Positions 1-9,165 of a DNA stretch of 64,000 nucleotides are shown in pieces. How positions within the stretch are numbered: the first letter of the stretch is position 1; every line of letters begins with the position of its first letter. This DNA is from Qingshengfaniella sp. (lineage in GTDB: Bacteria > Pseudomonadota > Alphaproteobacteria > Rhodobacterales > Rhodobacteraceae): contig JBKDZR010000043.1 of the NCBI GenBank assembly GCA_047971485.1, forward strand, positions 163-64,162. Reading direction: 5' to 3'. Made by a program: the position numbers and the translations under genes. Below the pieces are notes generated by a model that was not told where the DNA came from, did not search any database, and was given only the letters and a program-made list of their open reading frames with translations.

Positions 1-694
1 ACACGCGTTGTCGGGTGAAGTGGCCGGCTGCGGCGCGCCCGGGGAACAGGAAGCCCGAGGGTTTTGCCCCGGCCAGCCGCTGCCGGTCCTGCTCGGCGTC
101 CCGCGCCGTCAGCCAGGCGGCCAGGGCATCGCGGGCCGGGGGTGACAGGGGTACCAGCCGTTCCTTGCCGCCCTTGCCCTTGACCAGCAGTACTGCCGGA
201 TCGCCGCGCGCGGCGGCAGCGGGCAGGGTGACCATTTCGCTGACCCGCATGCCGGTGGCGTAAAGCAGTTCCATCAGGGCCACGTTGCGCAGCCGGTCGG
301 CCTCGGTGCGGCCATGGGTTCGGGCGCGATCCAGAAGGGCGGTGACCTGCGCCTCGCTGAGGGTTTTGGGCAGGCTTTTGGCCTTGGAGGGGCCCTTGAT
401 GCGGATGGCGGGATTATCGCCGCGCAGCCCTTCCTCAAAGGCGAAGCGATAGATCTGCCGGATCGCGGCCAGGCGGCGGGCACGGGTGGCGGGCGACAGG
501 CCGATGGCGTGGCAATGGGTCAGATAGGCCTCGATATCGGCCCGCTCGGCGGTTTCAAAGCCGATCCCGTTTCGTCCGGCCCAGCCGAGAAAATCCTTGA
601 GATCCCGGCCATAGGCCAGCTGCGTGTTCTGGGCGGCGTCCAGTTCGGCGGCCTGGGCCTCCAGAAACCGGCTGATCCAGGCGCTGCCGGTCAT
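1..694 (-). CDS. xerD: site-specific tyrosine recombinase, XerD-like (C-terminal part runs off the window)
   Basis: Own minus-strand translation from ATG 694-692: MTGSAWISRFLEAQAAELDAAQNTQLAYGRDLKDFLGW...RLRNVALMELLYATGMRVSEMVTL...LLVKGKGGKERLVPL. This is an integrase core-binding domain plus the start of the catalytic domain. It is absent from the ORF track because no stop falls in the window. Divergent from aroK-aroB. Confidence 0.8.
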   Translation of the reverse strand, partial: MTGSAWISRFLEAQAAELDAAQNTQLAYGRDLKDFLGWAGRNGIGFETAERADIEAYLTHCHAIGLSPATRARRLAAIRQIYRFAFEEGLRGDNPAIRIKGPSKAKSLPKTLSEAQVTALLDRARTHGRTEADRLRNVALMELLYATGMRVSEMVTLPAAAARGDPAVLLVKGKGGKERLVPLSPPARDALAAWLTARDAEQDRQRLAGAKPSGFLFPGRAAAGHFTRQRV

Positions 695-2184
695 GGTGCG
701 CTCAGTGACAGGTATTGCAGCGCGGCATGCCGGGCGGTGCTGTGCAGACCGGCGGCGCGGAGGACCCGCAGTGCATCGGCGACGTCATCGGCATCGGCTT
801 CGCCATCGGGTTCCAACGGGATCAGTGCGCGCAGCAGTGCTTCGCCCAGGCGGCCATCCGCCAGCGCGGCGCGATCGGCATCGGCGACACCCTTGGCGGT
901 CAGACCCGTGGCCATGGACTGGGCAATGGCCGGGGCAGCGGCAGGCAGCGGCCTGTTCTGGGCCAAGGCGGCCAGGGCCGCTTGTCGGGGCGACAGAGCA
1001 AGACCATCCGGGGGCGGGCGGAAAGCGGCAGTTTCATTGGACACAAGCGCCAGTTCATAGGCCACCAGCGCCGCATCGCCCTGCACGTCGATCCGGCCCA
1101 ACCGCGGTGCGACCATGCGTGCCAGCACCGGATAAAGGCCGGCCTGGGTCATGGCCGCACGGGTTACAGGCAGGTAGGCGCCAATGCCGGCGATACTGGC
1201 CGATGACAGGGCCACATCCAGTCGCTGCATCAGCGCCACGCGATCCCAGACTCCGCCTGATGCAGCGGGGCGGCGGGCTGTATAGATGCCCAGCAGGACA
1301 TTGGGATCCAGACTGCCGGCCCGGGCCAGGCGTTCGGCGGCTTCGATCTGGGCCTTCCAGCCGACGATATGGCGCAGGTCCGACTGGGCGTAGGACAGGG
1401 GCAGGCCGGTCAGGGGCAGGGGCTCGCCGATGGCTTCGAGCAGGCGGTAATCCAGCGGGGTGACCGGGTCCGGAACTGCGGCGGGCTGGCCGTCTTCGAA
1501 CAGGTCCGGATCGAGGAAGCGGGCCAGCCGGTCCTGGGTACCGTCATCCAGTGCATTCAGGGCCGTCGCCGTTCCCAAGGTCAGGGCCGCCGTTGTCCAG
1601 CGGCCCGTCCGGGCCAGGCAAAAGATGCGTGTGGCGTAATCGGGGGCCAGTTCCGGTTTGGCCTGAAGCGTGGCACAGCCGCGATCTTCGGATCCGGTCA
1701 ACAGCAAGGTGTCGAACCACAGACGGAACAGATCCGGCTGGTTGGGGCCGGCCCGTTCGATCAGGGATTTGGCCGCCTCGACCTCGCCCAGCCGCAGCAA
1801 CGTTCGGATTCGCGCAGTCAGCAACTGGCGGTCATGATCCGTGGCCGGCGGGGTGGCCTCGATCAGCAGAAGACGGCGGAACAGGGCTTGTCCGGCGGGC
1901 AGGATCCCGGTGGGCACACGATCCAGCAGATCGACCAGGCGCGCCGGATCGGATCGTGCCCAGAGATCGGCAGGCAAACCCGCCGCGCGGGCAGGCAGGA
2001 TCCCGGTGGCCTGGGGGTCCGGGGCCGCAAGCGGGGCAACCGCGATCGGATCCACCGGGTCGATGGGCGTTGCTTTGGGTTCCGCGGCCGCCGATGTCGG
2101 GGGCAGGCCCTGGGCCAGCCCGGCGGGGACGACCAGTAGACCGATCAGCGCCAGGCAGGCGGCGCGGGCAAGATCAGGGCCCAT
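691..2184 (-). CDS. secreted Ala/Leu/Pro-rich hypothetical protein
   Basis: ORF 691-2259 trimmed to the internal ATG, giving a signal-like N-terminus MGPDLARAACLALIGLLVVPAGLAQG. No family recognised. Its TGA overlaps the xerD ATG (ATGA at 691-694). Confidence 0.6.
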   Translation of the reverse strand: MGPDLARAACLALIGLLVVPAGLAQGLPPTSAAAEPKATPIDPVDPIAVAPLAAPDPQATGILPARAAGLPADLWARSDPARLVDLLDRVPTGILPAGQALFRRLLLIEATPPATDHDRQLLTARIRTLLRLGEVEAAKSLIERAGPNQPDLFRLWFDTLLLTGSEDRGCATLQAKPELAPDYATRIFCLARTGRWTTAALTLGTATALNALDDGTQDRLARFLDPDLFEDGQPAAVPDPVTPLDYRLLEAIGEPLPLTGLPLSYAQSDLRHIVGWKAQIEAAERLARAGSLDPNVLLGIYTARRPAASGGVWDRVALMQRLDVALSSASIAGIGAYLPVTRAAMTQAGLYPVLARMVAPRLGRIDVQGDAALVAYELALVSNETAAFRPPPDGLALSPRQAALAALAQNRPLPAAAPAIAQSMATGLTAKGVADADRAALADGRLGEALLRALIPLEPDGEADADDVADALRVLRAAGLHSTARHAALQYLSLSAP

Positions 2185-2305
2185 CGATCTGGATGGGGAT
2201 GCGAATCTCGGTCTGGTTCGGGCTGAGATCGCCCAGATAGGCAAAAGCCAGCAGCCCAAGGGCGGCCAGAACGATAAGATAGAACAGAACTTTGAAGAGT
2301 TTCAC
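2174..2305 (-). CDS. small (43 aa) single-pass membrane protein, hypothetical
   Basis: GTG at 2305 preceded by GAGG. Translation (V)KLFKVLFYLIVLAALGLLAFAYLGDLSPNQTEIRIPIQIDGP. The stop overlaps the next gene's start by 11 nt. Confidence 0.35.
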   Translation of the reverse strand: MKLFKVLFYLIVLAALGLLAFAYLGDLSPNQTEIRIPIQIDGP

Positions 2306-2426
2306 CCGGGCCCGCCTCTTTTTTCCGCCGGTGCTTTGACGGCTTGGCGGCAAGTATATATGGGATCGGAACGAAGACCACCTGTAACACTCATTTATGG
2401 ACAAAAGGCGATAGGAACCGGCGCAC

Positions 2427-2987
2427 GTGCCTCATCAACTGCAGAAGACCGTCGTTCTGGTGGGAATGATGGGGGCCGGCAAGACCGCCGTCGGCAGTAC
2501 CGTGGCGCGCAAGCTGTCGGTTCCCTTCATCGATCAGGACGAAGAAATCGAGGCTGCGGCCAACAGCACCATCGCGGAACTGTTCCGCGATTATGGCGAG
2601 GCCTTTTTCCGCGAAAAGGAGACCCAGGTTCTGGGCCGCCTGTTGCGTGAGGCGCCGATGATCCTGTCCACCGGCGGCGGGGCCTTCATGTCTGAGACGA
2701 ACCGCACCCTGATTGCCGAGCGGGGGGTTGCGGTCTGGCTGAAGGCCGATCTGGATCTTCTGTGGACGCGGGTCAGGCATCGTTCGACCCGGCCTCTCTT
2801 GCGTACGGCTAATCCGTTCGAGACGCTGAAAGGGCTGGCCGAGATCCGCAACCCGGTTTACGCGCTGGCGCCGGTTCACGTGCAGGCGCAGCCCGGGTAT
2901 TCCGTTGAACAGATGGCCAATGCGGTGATCGCGAAATTGGCCGAAACCCCCGAGATCTTGAGGATGAACCAGGATGCTGCCCGTTGA
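2427..2987 (+). CDS. aroK: shikimate kinase
   Basis: P-loop VLVGMMGAGKTAVG, IDQDEEIE, length 186 aa. Immediately followed by, and overlapping, aroB. Confidence 0.95.
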   Translation: MPHQLQKTVVLVGMMGAGKTAVGSTVARKLSVPFIDQDEEIEAAANSTIAELFRDYGEAFFREKETQVLGRLLREAPMILSTGGGAFMSETNRTLIAERGVAVWLKADLDLLWTRVRHRSTRPLLRTANPFETLKGLAEIRNPVYALAPVHVQAQPGYSVEQMANAVIAKLAETPEILRMNQDAAR

Positions 2988-4101
2988 AACCGTCCATGTG
3001 CCCCTGGGGGGGCGTGCCTATGATGTGCGGATCGGCAATGGCCTGATCGCCGGGGCGGGGGCCCATATTGCCCCGCTGCTGCGCCGGCCCCGGGTGGCTG
3101 TGATCAGCGATGAGCATGTCGCCGCGCTGCATCTGGCCCCGTTGCAGGCCGGGTTGAAGGCGGCCGGGATCGCCAGCAGCGCGCTGACCCTGCCGGCCGG
3201 CGAGGCGACCAAATCCTGGCCGCAGTTCACCCGCACGGTTGAATGGTTGCTGGCCGAAAAGGTCGAACGCCATGACATTGTTGTGGCCTTGGGCGGTGGG
3301 GTGATCGGCGATCTGGTCGGCTTCGCGGCGGCTGTGCTGCGCCGCGGCGTGCGTTTCGTTCAGATCCCGACCAGCCTGCTGGCGCAGGTGGACAGCTCGG
3401 TTGGCGGCAAGACCGGGATCAACGCCCCCCAGGGCAAGAACCTGATCGGCGCCTTTCATCAGCCCAGCCTGGTTCTGGCCGATATCGGTGTGCTTGATAC
3501 GCTGAGCGGACGGGATTTTCTGGCCGGCTATGGCGAGGTGGTGAAATACGGGCTTCTCGGCGATGAGGCCTTTTTCGACTGGCTGGAAGAGGCCGGTCCG
3601 GCCCTTGCGGCGGGGGACAAGGCGGCGCGGGCCCGTGCGGTGCGGCGCTCGGTGGAGATGAAGGCCGAAATCGTCGTGCGCGACGAGACGGAACAAGGTA
3701 ACCGTGCGTTGCTCAATCTCGGGCACACGTTTTGCCATGCGCTGGAGGCGGCGACCGGCTATTCGGATCGGCTGTTGCATGGCGAAGGCGTGGCGATCGG
3801 CTGTGCCCTGGCCTTTGACCTGTCGGCCCGGCTGGGCCTGTGCGCGCAGGAAGATCCCAGCCGGGTGCGGGCGCATCTGGTGGCCATGGGGATGAAAACC
3901 GATCTGGCCGACATTCCCGGCGAATTGCCCGGGGCCGAGGGGCTGATTGCGCTGATGGCCCAGGACAAGAAGGTGGTGGATGGGCGGTTACGCTTTATCC
4001 TGGCCCGGGGGATCGGGCGGGCCTTTGTCACCGATCAGGTCCCGGCCGACCTGCTGCATCGCGTTCTGGAGGATGCGCTGGCGATCCGCGCCCGGGCCTG
4101 A
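2974..4101 (+). CDS. aroB: 3-dehydroquinate synthase
   Basis: 375 aa. ALGGGVIGDLVGFAAA, VDSSVGGKTGIN and LNLGHTFCHALE motifs. Confidence 0.95.
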   Translation: MLPVETVHVPLGGRAYDVRIGNGLIAGAGAHIAPLLRRPRVAVISDEHVAALHLAPLQAGLKAAGIASSALTLPAGEATKSWPQFTRTVEWLLAEKVERHDIVVALGGGVIGDLVGFAAAVLRRGVRFVQIPTSLLAQVDSSVGGKTGINAPQGKNLIGAFHQPSLVLADIGVLDTLSGRDFLAGYGEVVKYGLLGDEAFFDWLEEAGPALAAGDKAARARAVRRSVEMKAEIVVRDETEQGNRALLNLGHTFCHALEAATGYSDRLLHGEGVAIGCALAFDLSARLGLCAQEDPSRVRAHLVAMGMKTDLADIPGELPGAEGLIALMAQDKKVVDGRLRFILARGIGRAFVTDQVPADLLHRVLEDALAIRARA

Positions 4102-4122
4102 AGACCGGGCGCGACCACGGAC

Positions 4123-4644
4123 TCAGAACGGAATGTCGTCGTCTTCGATGCCCGAAGACGGGGCCGGCTGACCGCCGCCGCCGCTGCGCCCGCCACCCGA
4201 GGAATACCCCCCGCCGCCCCCGCCATAGCCGCCGCGATCATCGCCGTATCCGCCGGAACTGTCCCCGCCGCCCATGCCGCCGCCGCCTTCGCCGCGGCCG
4301 CCCAGCATGGTCAGTTCGCCGCGATAAGGGCGCAGGACAACCTCGGTCGAATAGCGATCCTGACCGGATTGATCCTGCCATTTGCGGGTTTCCAGCTGGC
4401 CCTCGATATAGACTGTGGATCCCTTGCGCAGGTATTGCTCGGCGACCCGGGCGAGGGGTTCGGAAAAGATCGCCACGCTGTGCCATTCGGTGCGTTCACG
4501 GTTCTCGCCGGTATTGCGATCGCGCCAGCGTTCCGAGGTTGCGATCCGCAGGTTCACCACCTTGCCGCCGTTCTGGAAGGTGCGCACCTCGGGGTCGCGC
4601 CCGAGATTGCCCACCAGAATGACCTTGTTCACCGATCCCGCCAT
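4123..4644 (-). CDS. ssb: single-stranded DNA-binding protein
   Basis: OB-fold N-terminus [21 protein letters not shown], Gly-rich linker, acidic tail DDDIPF. Confidence 0.97.
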   Translation of the reverse strand: MAGSVNKVILVGNLGRDPEVRTFQNGGKVVNLRIATSERWRDRNTGENRERTEWHSVAIFSEPLARVAEQYLRKGSTVYIEGQLETRKWQDQSGQDRYSTEVVLRPYRGELTMLGGRGEGGGGMGGGDSSGGYGDDRGGYGGGGGGYSSGGGRSGGGGQPAPSSGIEDDDIPF

Positions 4645-4775
4645 GTTCGCGTCCTTTCGAGAGTCTCTGTCCCCCTTTTACCGAAACGGTGCGCGGCTGC
4701 AACGTGCTGCGGACCCGGGGCTGTTGAAAGGCTGGATTTCAGCCGGGGCTGACGATAAGGTCGCCGCAGGTTGAC

Positions 4776-5405
4776 ATGCGACGGAGAGGCAGTGTGAAAC
4801 GGGCAGACATCGCAGCCGTGATGGCTGTGGTCATTGCGTCGATCCCGGCGTATGCGGGCGCTGCGGACAGTGCGACCAGTCGCAGCCGGGGGGCGATCTT
4901 CAGCAAGCAAACCGCCTTTCTGGATGGGCGGGCAGCGGTTCAATACGAGAACTCGGATCGTCTGAGGCCACAGAACAGTTTTGACAGCTTTCCGAACGTG
5001 CCAGATCTGGCCATCACCCGTGGTAACGCGAAGATGCGCAAGCTGTATCAGCCGATGGCCGAGGCGGCGGCGCGCAAGCATGGGGTGCCGGAACGGATTT
5101 TCGTACGGCTGGTTCAGCAGGAAAGCGCGTGGAATCCGCGTGCCGTGAGCCACAAGGGGGCGATCGGGCTGGCTCAGCTGATGCCCCAGACCGCCCGTCA
5201 TCTGGGGGTCGATCCGCAGGATCCGAAACAGAACCTGGAGGGCGGGGCGCGGTATTTGCGGCGCCAGTACGAAGCCTTCGGAAGCTGGATGCTGGCGCTG
5301 GCCGCCTATAATGCCGGGCCGGGTGCGGTGGAAAAGCACAAGGGAGTGCCCCCCTATCGCGAGACCAAGAATTACGTGAAGGTCATTCTGGGCTTGCCGG
5401 GGTGA
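4776..5405 (+). CDS. lytic transglycosylase (SLT domain), secreted
   Basis: [27 protein letters not shown]...[13 protein letters not shown] and a signal-like N-terminus. An alternative GTG start at 4794 has a better GGAG spacing. Confidence 0.85.
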   Translation: MRRRGSVKRADIAAVMAVVIASIPAYAGAADSATSRSRGAIFSKQTAFLDGRAAVQYENSDRLRPQNSFDSFPNVPDLAITRGNAKMRKLYQPMAEAAARKHGVPERIFVRLVQQESAWNPRAVSHKGAIGLAQLMPQTARHLGVDPQDPKQNLEGGARYLRRQYEAFGSWMLALAAYNAGPGAVEKHKGVPPYRETKNYVKVILGLPG

Positions 5406-5642
5406 GGCGCGTTGCATTGCATGTTGAAATCATGTCGCGACAAGGCTGATAGGGATTTTTCAATTAACAAGCGTGTTCAATCAATGCGCTATGGTGTTTG
5501 CAGAGATTTGGAATGATCTGGAAACACTAACCTCTACACCCTGTTTGTATGGCCATTCTCTCGGCATGGATTGGCGCAACAGTTTGAAAGCGCTGTGTCC
5601 TGATAGGGGGGGTGCAGCCCTTCCTTCGACCAGGTCGTGCCA

Positions 5643-5737
5643 CGTTCATTCGTATTCACACGATGCGCGCTAAGTCTTTGACAACGCATGTTCGATGAGC
5701 AGAAAGCCGGCATCCATTTTTGGGCAACATGCTCTAA
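5643..5737. repeat. copy A of a 95-nt non-coding element (second copy at 59545-59639)
   Basis: Hand alignment to 59545-59639 is gapless with 70/95 identities. Conserved blocks: CGTTCAnTCGTATTCACACGA, GTCTTTGACAnCGCnTGT, TTTTG and ATGCTCTAA. Lies in an AT-rich convergent gap. Confidence 0.7.
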
Positions 5738-5763
5738 GGTGCCGAAACAAGGGCAGGAAGAAA

Positions 5764-6876
5764 TCAGCCGGCTTTGTGGAAATCCCGGATCACCTGAATG
5801 ATCCTGTCGACATCTGCATCTTCCAGGGTTGGATAGAGCGGCAGGGTCAGCAGGCGGGGGTACTGGGCCTCGGCGACGGGCAGGACCGGACGATTTCCGT
5901 AGCAGTCATAAAGATGAATCGGCGTGTAATGCACCCCCGAAGCAATCCCGTGGCTTTCCAGTTCGCTGCTCAGGTCATCGCGCCGATCACAGCGAATACA
6001 GAACATGTGCCAACTGGACCGGAATGTTTCATCGTCGTCCGCAGGCAGATCAATCTGGTCGATATTGGCCAGTCCGGCCTGATAGCGGCGCACGATATCA
6101 TGCCGCTTGTCATTCATGTCCTTCAGTCGGCGCAACTGGACCAGGCCCAAGGCTGCGGCGATGTCGTTCATGTGACACTTGAGGCCGATTTCCTCAAGGT
6201 TGTAGTTCCAGCGGTAGCTGCGATCCAGGTCCGTGCGATCCCATGTTGACCGGTCGATCCCTAGCCAGCGCAGGGACATGGCGCGCTTGGCCCATTGATC
6301 GTTTTTTGTGGTCACCATCCCGCCATCGCCCGTGGCCAGGTTCTTGACTGCCTGAAACGAGAAGCAGCCGATATCGCCCAATCCCCCCACGGGCTGCCCG
6401 CGATAGTGGGATCCGGCGGCATGGGCGCAATCCTCAATCACCGGGATATCTTTGGCGACCGCGCGAATGCCATCCAGATCCACGGGGCGGCCGCTGTGAT
6501 GAACCACCACGATGGCCTTGGTACGCCGCGTGATCTTGCGGGCGACATCTTCGGGGTCGATGTTCAAAGTGATCGGGTCCACATCCGCGAAGACCGGCGT
6601 TCCCAGATTGTAGGCCACGACATGCGCGGTCGACACGAAGGTCATTGTGGGCACGATGACTTCGTCACCCAGACCGATATCCAGCAGGCGCACCGCGATA
6701 TCCAGAGCAGCGGTACAGGAATTCATGCCAATGGCATGGGGAACCGCCGCGAATTTTGCGAATTCCTCTTCAAACTGCTTGGTTTTCGGCCCCAGCCCAA
6801 TCCAACCGCTGCGAAGAACTTCGGCGACAGCGTCAACTTCCTCATCACCGAAAGCAGGCCTAAAAATTGGGATCAT
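5764..6876 (-). CDS. DegT/DnrJ/EryC1/StrS-family PLP aminotransferase (sugar aminotransferase type)
   Basis: 370 aa. MIPIFRPAFGDEEVDAVAEVLRSGWIG..., PLP-lysine context FSFQAVKNLATGDGGMV. Flanked on both sides by AT-rich non-coding DNA. Confidence 0.9.
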   Translation of the reverse strand: MIPIFRPAFGDEEVDAVAEVLRSGWIGLGPKTKQFEEEFAKFAAVPHAIGMNSCTAALDIAVRLLDIGLGDEVIVPTMTFVSTAHVVAYNLGTPVFADVDPITLNIDPEDVARKITRRTKAIVVVHHSGRPVDLDGIRAVAKDIPVIEDCAHAAGSHYRGQPVGGLGDIGCFSFQAVKNLATGDGGMVTTKNDQWAKRAMSLRWLGIDRSTWDRTDLDRSYRWNYNLEEIGLKCHMNDIAAALGLVQLRRLKDMNDKRHDIVRRYQAGLANIDQIDLPADDDETFRSSWHMFCIRCDRRDDLSSELESHGIASGVHYTPIHLYDCYGNRPVLPVAEAQYPRLLTLPLYPTLEDADVDRIIQVIRDFHKAG

Positions 6877-7137
6877 TTTATATTTATCTTTCAGTGTTTT
6901 CTGCCGTTTTGCGGTGCTCTTAACACTTATCTGCAGTGTCTGAAGGTTGGCTTAAAATACAGGCCTTATCAACCGCAATCCACGGGGTGATGATAAAACT
7001 TTATGATTATTTCTGTATTTTGGCACATGCCTTGATCCCGCAAACGGGTTCGGCAAAAGGGGAATACGGCCTTTTCGGGGGACCGGGCAGGCCCAAACCG
7101 TCCCCGTCCTGACAAAGGGCAGGGCGGATGGGGTGGA

Positions 7138-7707
7138 TCAGTCCTTGCCGCGGGCTAGGGCGGCAACACCGGTGCGGGCAACCTCGACCAGGCCGAGGGG
7201 GCGCATCAGGTCGGTAAAGGCATCAACCTTGTCCGGCGTGCCGGTGATTTCAAAGACAAAGCTTTCCAGTGAGGTATCGACCACCTTTGCACGAAAGATA
7301 TCGGCGATGCGCAGGGCCTCAACCCGGTGATCGCCTTCGCCGGCGACCTTGATCAACGCCAGTTCGCGTTCCACGGAACTGCCCTCGACCGTCAGGTCAT
7401 GAACCTCGTGGACGGGGACCATGCGTTCCAGCTGGGCCTTGATCTGCTGGATCACCTGGGGGGTCCCGGTAGTGACGATGGTGATCCGCGACAGATGCCC
7501 GGCATGGTCGGTCTCGGCCACGGTCAAGCTGTCGATATTGTAGCCGCGCCCGGAGAACAGGCCGATCACCCGGGCCAGAACGCCGCTTTCGTTATCCACC
7601 AGCACGGCGATGGTGTGGCGTTCCAACACTTCGCTCATATGCGACCGCAGATCATAGGCCGAATGTTTCGAGGCGCCCTTGCGGATTTTCAGTGCAGACA
7701 TGTTCAT
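7138..7707 (-). CDS. ilvH: acetolactate synthase small (regulatory) subunit (ilvH/ilvN)
   Basis: ACT domain HTIAVLVDNESGVLARVIGLFSGRGYNIDSLTV. 189 aa. Confidence 0.95.
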   Translation of the reverse strand: MNMSALKIRKGASKHSAYDLRSHMSEVLERHTIAVLVDNESGVLARVIGLFSGRGYNIDSLTVAETDHAGHLSRITIVTTGTPQVIQQIKAQLERMVPVHEVHDLTVEGSSVERELALIKVAGEGDHRVEALRIADIFRAKVVDTSLESFVFEITGTPDKVDAFTDLMRPLGLVEVARTGVAALARGKD

Positions 7708-7803
7708 CGCTCCCCACCTGTCACGTGCCGATCGCCCGGCTTTACCGTGGAGCCGGGCGGGATTGAAGTGGTTTCTGTCGCGCCGACCGGGGTCAGCGGG
7801 AAA

Positions 7804-8848
7804 TCACAGGTTCGGTTCCGAGCGCAGGCCCTGCCAGATGGCATAGGTCATCAGCAGCAGGACGGTGGTCGGGCCGACGATCAGCACGAAAAGCAGCAGC
7901 AGGAAGGCCAGCCCCATGTTGAGCTCGGACAGCACCTTGACGCCGCCATCCAGTCCGCGCAGCACGGAAATCAATGCCACCGATGTGATCAGGGTGATCA
8001 GGACGACCTCGGTGGTGGCGCTGACCGGAATGCCGAACAGTTCGTTCAATCCGGCATTGGCCTGGGTCGCGCCAAAGCCCAGCGATGTGGCCAGCCCGAA
8101 CAGGGTGGAGACACGGCCACGATGTCGGTCACATGGCCGGTCCAGCCCCAGACACGTTCACCGAAGATGGGATAAAAGGCCGAGCGGATGGTCAGGGGCA
8201 GGCCCTTGTTGAAGGAAAACAGCGCCAGCGCCAGCCCGACAATGGCGTAGATCGCCCACGGATGCAGACCCCAGTGAAAGATCGTGGCGGCCATTCCCAG
8301 CCGGGCTGCGGCATGGGTATCGCCTTCGGCCCCGCCCAGGGGCGCCCAGTCGGTACGCGCGCCGCCGCCTTCGGGGCGCACAACCCCGTCATAGGCGGTT
8401 GAGAAGTGGCTCAGGGGCTCGGCGACGCCGTAGAACATCAGCCCGATGCCCATGCCCGCGGCGAAGAGCATGGCGAACCAGCCCAGATAGGAATAGTCCG
8501 GTGTCGCATCACATCCGCCCAGACGGACCCTGCCCAAAGGGGAAACGATCAGGAACAGGCAGAACAGAACGAAGAAATCGGCCGCGCGGAAAAAGAACCA
8601 GTCGAATGTATTGGTCCGCGCTGGACGCAGCCAGCCGAAGACGGCGGTGGATTGTTCGGGCAGAAGCAGCGCGTACAGTACAAATCCGATGATCAGGGCG
8701 GCGGAGATCCCGAAAACCGGATTGTGGACGTCATAATCGATTTGGGCCACTTGCCCTTCGATATTGCTCTGTCCCAGTTCATAGTCGGTTTCAATGATTT
8801 CAGTGGGCCTTCCGGTTCCGGAATACCCAGATCGTTTTCATCTGACAC
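7804..8848 (-). pseudogene. BCCT-family (betaine/carnitine/choline) transporter remnant: two frameshifts and 3' truncation
   Basis: The BCCT sequence reads across three frames:
- (GTG 8848) SDENDLGIPEPEGP
- TEIIETDYELGQSNIEGQVAQIDYDVHNPVFG...FYPIFGERVWGWTGHVTDIVAV
- STLFGLATSLGFGATQANAGLNELFGIPVSATTEV...
The frame breaks are near 8804-8809 and 8105-8116. The reading frame ends at 7804 after about 348 codons, whereas BCCT proteins normally exceed 500 aa. Confidence 0.75.
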
Positions 8849-9165
8849 GTCTTGTCCCGTTCGTTACGTCCGGCGATGCAGCCGGCTTTGGCGGTTCGCG
8901 GCGGATCGTCCACCGTGCGCGGGGTGCATGGCCGGTTTTGTGCGCCATGCGATTTGTCGCGGTTGCGTTATGGGCACGGCCGCGATTCGTGTCATGCTAA
9001 CATGTAAGGATTCAGAGGGGAAACCGCCCCCCAGTCTGGCCAAGTCTGCTCAGCCGGGTACGGCTGGCAGAGGGCCGGGCAGATCGGTCCTGGCGGGGGA
9101 TGGACCACGATCTGCCCCTGCGCTTTTTTCTCGAAACCGGCTGTCGGTTCCCCGGGGGGCTGGCC

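Noticed and set aside
5643-5663. Alphaproteobacterial SOS box (GTTC-N7-GTTC) or CRP-like half-site inside the conserved 22-nt block CGTTCAnTCGTATTCACACGA.
   Set aside because: The second half-site reads TTCA/ATTC with the wrong spacing for LexA. Only one TCACA half-site is present for a CRP-type site.
5473-5673. 66-aa ORF overlapping the start of repeat copy A, as a possible conserved micro-protein.
   Set aside because: The mismatches between the two element copies show no codon periodicity. The corresponding frame in copy B gives an unrelated peptide.
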